DNA of 64,000 nt from Neodothiora populina. Lineage: Eukaryota. Below are positions 60,101 through 64,000 of the stretch, in pieces. Numbering within the stretch: position 1 is the first letter of the stretch; each line of letters starts with the position of its first letter. Location: assembly GCF_041146345.1 (NCBI RefSeq), contig NW_027191404.1, forward strand, positions 558,001 to 622,000, given 5' to 3'. A model generated the notes under the pieces. It did not search any database and had not been told where the DNA came from. It was given only the letters and a program-made list of their open reading frames with translations. The translations under genes were made by a program, and so were the position numbers.

Positions 60101-60194
60101 CTTGTTTTCTTGCTTGTAGATAGAACATTCTACTCACTGGAGAGCCACTGCGATGGTCCATTTCGTAGTTGCCGGGAACACCTTGGTAAGCCAT
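57191..60194 (-). CDS. Class III chitin synthase (ChsB-type); exons 60194..60138, 60081..59565, 59422..57384, 57328..57191
   Basis: [89 protein letters not shown]; ends LCCFARR. Confidence 0.96.
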
Positions 60195-61393
60195 AGCGTG
60201 GGTGGTTGCCACTCAGAGGTGACGTTTTATGTTTATATTTCAGGGATCAACAAAGGCAGGAACGCTGATGATGATGATGATTTCAAGGAAGGAACGACTG
60301 TTCGAGCTTGTCTCTCGTTTCCTCGCAACAAAACGAGGATGTGTAACAAGAGGGCGGTAAGATGTTCAGCGCAAGGTGTTCAGCAGTACGTAGAAAGAAA
60401 TTAGGAGACAAAGGAGGTACGTGTTGCGTAACTCTTCTTCACTGCTCGAGCACAAAGAAACGACCGTCTCAGCTTAACGATTTTGTGATTATCGTATGCG
60501 GAGGTGCCAAGGTGATGCGTCGTATACGAAACGATGAGGGTCCAATCACTGTTTCAATCTTCTTTGTCTCCTCCTACCCCTGTCCTAGAAACACTGGCTT
60601 TTCGACCTTCTCGTGATTACCTTTCAGCCAATCAAGCAACTGGTACCGCCGTGCGGGCGAGATCTTCTACTTATCGCATGGCATACTGCATGCTTCGTGT
60701 TTCGTCCTCTTGACCGCAACTGTGAGATCGCGACACCAAAGACTCGACAACCAAATTTAGTACACAGGTGTTATTGATATGCATTAGCTGACGCACACAC
60801 TCGTGGCATGGACAGCGGTTAGTGGCAGTGGCAGCGGTGATGGCTTAGACTTGTGGCAGTGCCCGCAATTTTAACCGCCCATCGGGAGGCGCTAGACAAA
60901 GTTACAGCTCGAGAACGCGTTGCCGCGAACCGGTCCCGAACATTCATGAGTGCTCGTCCCCTGACTCCGCGTCCAAACTCTTCTTCTGGCAGGCTTTAAG
61001 TTTGTACAGTATGGAGTAGGTCATCACCATGACTCGCATCTTCATTTGGACATACCACAATAAGAAATAACAGATCGAGTGAGTGTTTAAGTTTTGACTG
61101 CGCCGCACTGTGTCACAGCCAGTAGGGCACAAGAGAAGTCATGTACAAATGCTCATCCGGAATGTTTATCTTCGCTGTGAGGTATTAGATCCACAGAACT
61201 TGTCTTCGTCTTCTCGCACGAGTCTTGCTCAAGTCTAGGACCCCAAGCATACAGTATGCCGGATCTCCTATTCGATTCATGTACTGCATCAAAAGATGCC
61301 ATCTGCTCCACAGTCGTGGGAAAACGGTCCTTCTGTCAGATCGTCTGTCCGTGCAAACAAAAAAAAGTCTAGGCCGAAGAAACTCCAAACTAA

Positions 61394-62446
61394 TCATTGG
61401 CTTGTGCCGCGATTTATCTTATCCCATGGTAATGGATAAGGAAATATCTCTCGCCCACTGTCGCCTCCTGTCCAGCGCATCAATGTCTTGAGCTGTTCTT
61501 TGACCTGAACATCCTGGATTCCTCCCAGCACACCCGTTGATGCGTTTCCCTCCCACTTTCGTTGTTTCCTTTTCCCCGCCAGAGGCTCACGTACGCCGTA
61601 CGGGTCCTGCTCCCATTGGCGCGTGCATTTTGCCTCGAAATTGGTCACCTCCGCTAGCTCTTTGCTTGAGAATGGTGGATTGATTCCCATCACCTTGATT
61701 CGATGCTCAGGCCATCTCAATGCTTGGCTGTGGTTCCGCAGAAATCTGTCCTGCTTGAAGGCATGTGTGACAATGGTGATGTTTTCTGGCCATCTACCAA
61801 CCTTCTCCCAGAAATATATCATGCTGAATAGAAGATTCTGATAACTGTCCGTCGCCCAGCACTCCGCTGCCACACGTCTTTGGAGAAGAGCGTCTCGTAT
61901 ACCGGGACCGTGTAAGTTCCTATCATGGAGAAGGACTTGACCATAGCTGTAGCCCTCGGCGACATCACATCCTGAGCGTGTCTTGCCACCAGAGAAGACC
62001 AGCAAGGTCGAAGGACTGCGAAGAAACGACGCTCCTGCAGAAATATGCTGGAGAAAAGTATCATGCTCGCTCGGCTTGCCTGTCGACGCATCGGCTTGTT
62101 GAAATGGCTGGAGAAGCCAGCTTGTTTGGTCATAAGCGTCTCTGGGGAACAGTCAATTCCAGTGTGTACTTAATGCCTGCTCATGTAGACGTTACCTCGA
62201 ATTCAGGCATATAGCGTGACCGCAGACGATCACAAGCTCAGTGATGGAGTCAAGAGGTCCCATACTCGGGGCTACCTGATATATCTCATCGCCAAAGCTC
62301 TTCCGCTTCTTATGTGCTGAGCAGCTGATTGATCCATTGTTCTGGCTGCCATTACTTCGTGGACTCGAGGCAGTACTACTACCGCTCGAGTTGTACGAAT
62401 GCAAGCTCGGGGTGGTACTAACGGATGGCATTCGAATATCATTCAT
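61394..62446 (-). CDS. DUF218-like conserved protein (YOR238W-like); exons 62446..62196, 62141..61394
   Basis: LVIVCGHAI, WLLQPFQ..KPSEHDTFLQHI, LLVFSGGKT, ATDSYQNLLFS, ITIVTHAFKQDRF, GINPP. Start codon uncertain. Confidence 0.8.
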
Positions 62447-62908
62447 GTTACAAAAGTATTATCAACACGGTAATTGAAGATCTTTCTGGACAAGACTGAC
62501 AATACGCATTCGTGTGTACTTGGTTGGAAGAGGGTAGAAAAGCAGTTATACTAGTACATCAGGTAAGGTAGTGAACGGATGTCTTCACAGCGAAAGCCTC
62601 AAGAGATCGATCGATCAGTCGTACGAGCCTCTACAGCATAGAGTGACTACAACACAGAAGAGTAGGACGGATCCACTTCCAGCATGTAATACATACGTGA
62701 GACATACATTCAGTCATTGAACATCACGAGAGACCAATGATTTCGGGATCGGACGGCTGTTGTCGATTCGTGTATGTGCTCTCAGGTTGGGGTATGAACA
62801 CCCAAATCGGATAGCGACAACGCCAAGAAGTGGAGGGCTGGAGAGCCAATTGCCATTATTGGAGGCATGTGATATAAGGAAACATTGGTTTTTCTTCTTC
62901 CGTGTCCA

Positions 62909-64000
62909 ATGTTCTCCTCGCCTTTTCAGAGAGCATCGCGGACATGTTCCAAGTATGCACAGATACTGCCGCGACCTCTATCTAGACGTTATATAAGGCT
63001 GCAAAGTAACCGTAAGATCGTTCATGCGCAACTAATGTCACCATGAAAAAAAGTTCGATCGTGTCTAACAGACAATGCAGTTGCGAGTCAAGACAGCGAT
63101 GTATCACCTGCGCTTTTGGCAAGAGCTCGGGGTATAGCCAAGGAGCATGCATTCATCACCAAGAAATTGGCTGTGGACTTTGATCCCAAAGCCGCCAAAC
63201 AACTAGGGCAACTCTCTTCCGTCAACTCAGCATTACAAGAGTGGGAAAAGGCAAACGAGGTGAGCTCGATGGTCTGCCAAAAAGTACTGCGACACAATCT
63301 CACTGTTCTGCCCACAGTCGCTCACGGAACTACGGACACTACTGTCTGATCCGCAGACGGACAGGGATCTCATAGATCTTGCTAATGAAGATCTCCCATC
63401 CACTCAAACCGCTTTGACACAAGCAAGTGCGGCCCTGAAGACATCCCTTATACCCCCTCATCCGTTCGCAGAGCTACCATGCCTTATAGAACTACGGCCT
63501 GGCGCTGGAGGCTCAGAAGCCGCACTATTCGCTGGGGACCTACTCCGCATGTATCAAGGCTATTGCAGCAACAACGGACTGCGCATGTCAATCCTCAAGT
63601 ATGAGGATGCTGATGGACAGGCCGATCCCCGAGGCTCTGACGCACCGCTACAAGAAGCTGTGCTCGAAATAGAAACCCCTGGCGCTTATGGCATCCTGCG
63701 ATGCGAGGCTGGTGTGCACCGAGTCCAGCGCGTTCCTGCCACGGAAAGCAAAGGTCGTACGCACACAAGTGCTGCCTCCGTCCTTGTTTTGCCCAGTTTT
63801 CCTGACGAGCCCAGCGCCGATCTAGGAGAGAACGATTTCATGAACCCGGACAGCGATTACTTTATCGACCCCAAGGATGTCCGAGTCGACATCATGCGTG
63901 CTCGTGGTGCTGGCGGGCAACACGTCAACACCACTGATTCAGCGGTTCGCTTGACCCATCTGCCGACTGGTACGGTCGTAGCAATCCAGGACTCGCGCTC
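62909..64000 (+). CDS. MRF1: Mitochondrial peptide chain release factor 1, 3' end runs off the window; exons 62909..63011, 63081..63259, 63318..>64000
   Basis: Manual translation: IELRPGAGGSEAALFA, EAGVHRVQRVPATESKGRTHTS (PxT), MRARGAGGQHVNTTDSAVRLTHLPTG (GGQ); Arg-rich presequence. Confidence 0.95.

Overview
Gene-dense eukaryotic DNA from a filamentous ascomycete (Pezizomycotina; the class cannot be fixed from sequence alone), with short GT-AG introns and CTRAC-type branch points. It holds about 23 protein-coding loci, mostly housekeeping: Prp24/SART3, mitochondrial uL22, a MOSC protein, a GH28 endopolygalacturonase, Cdt1, a small LEA-like protein, a dysferlin-domain Spo73/Mug65-like protein, a PPR protein, TMEM234-like, a Mit1-type CHD remodeler, MRM1, AIM24-like, a partial Zn-cluster factor, eIF2-beta, a divergent MFS sulfonate transporter/TauD pair, Slt2/MpkA MAPK, a 1802-aa GPI mucin-like protein, a membrane-anchored pepsin-fold pseudoprotease, Rrp4, class III chitin synthase, DUF218-like and mitochondrial RF1. 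No tRNA, rRNA, CRISPR array or intact transposon is visible. The main anomaly is the Mit1-like gene, which carries a frameshift, an in-frame TAG and a lost zinc-ligand Cys although its ATPase motifs look intact. Other points of interest: a second TAG followed by a coding-like acidic tail; an NLR PNP_UDP-like fragment inside a transcription factor; an unusually diverged Slt2 beside a mucin/pseudoprotease/chitin-synthase neighbourhood; a GC-AG intron; a 12-nt micro-exon; and two strongly recurrent intergenic 8-mers. Exon coordinates were derived by hand and family assignments come from recalled motifs, not database searches.
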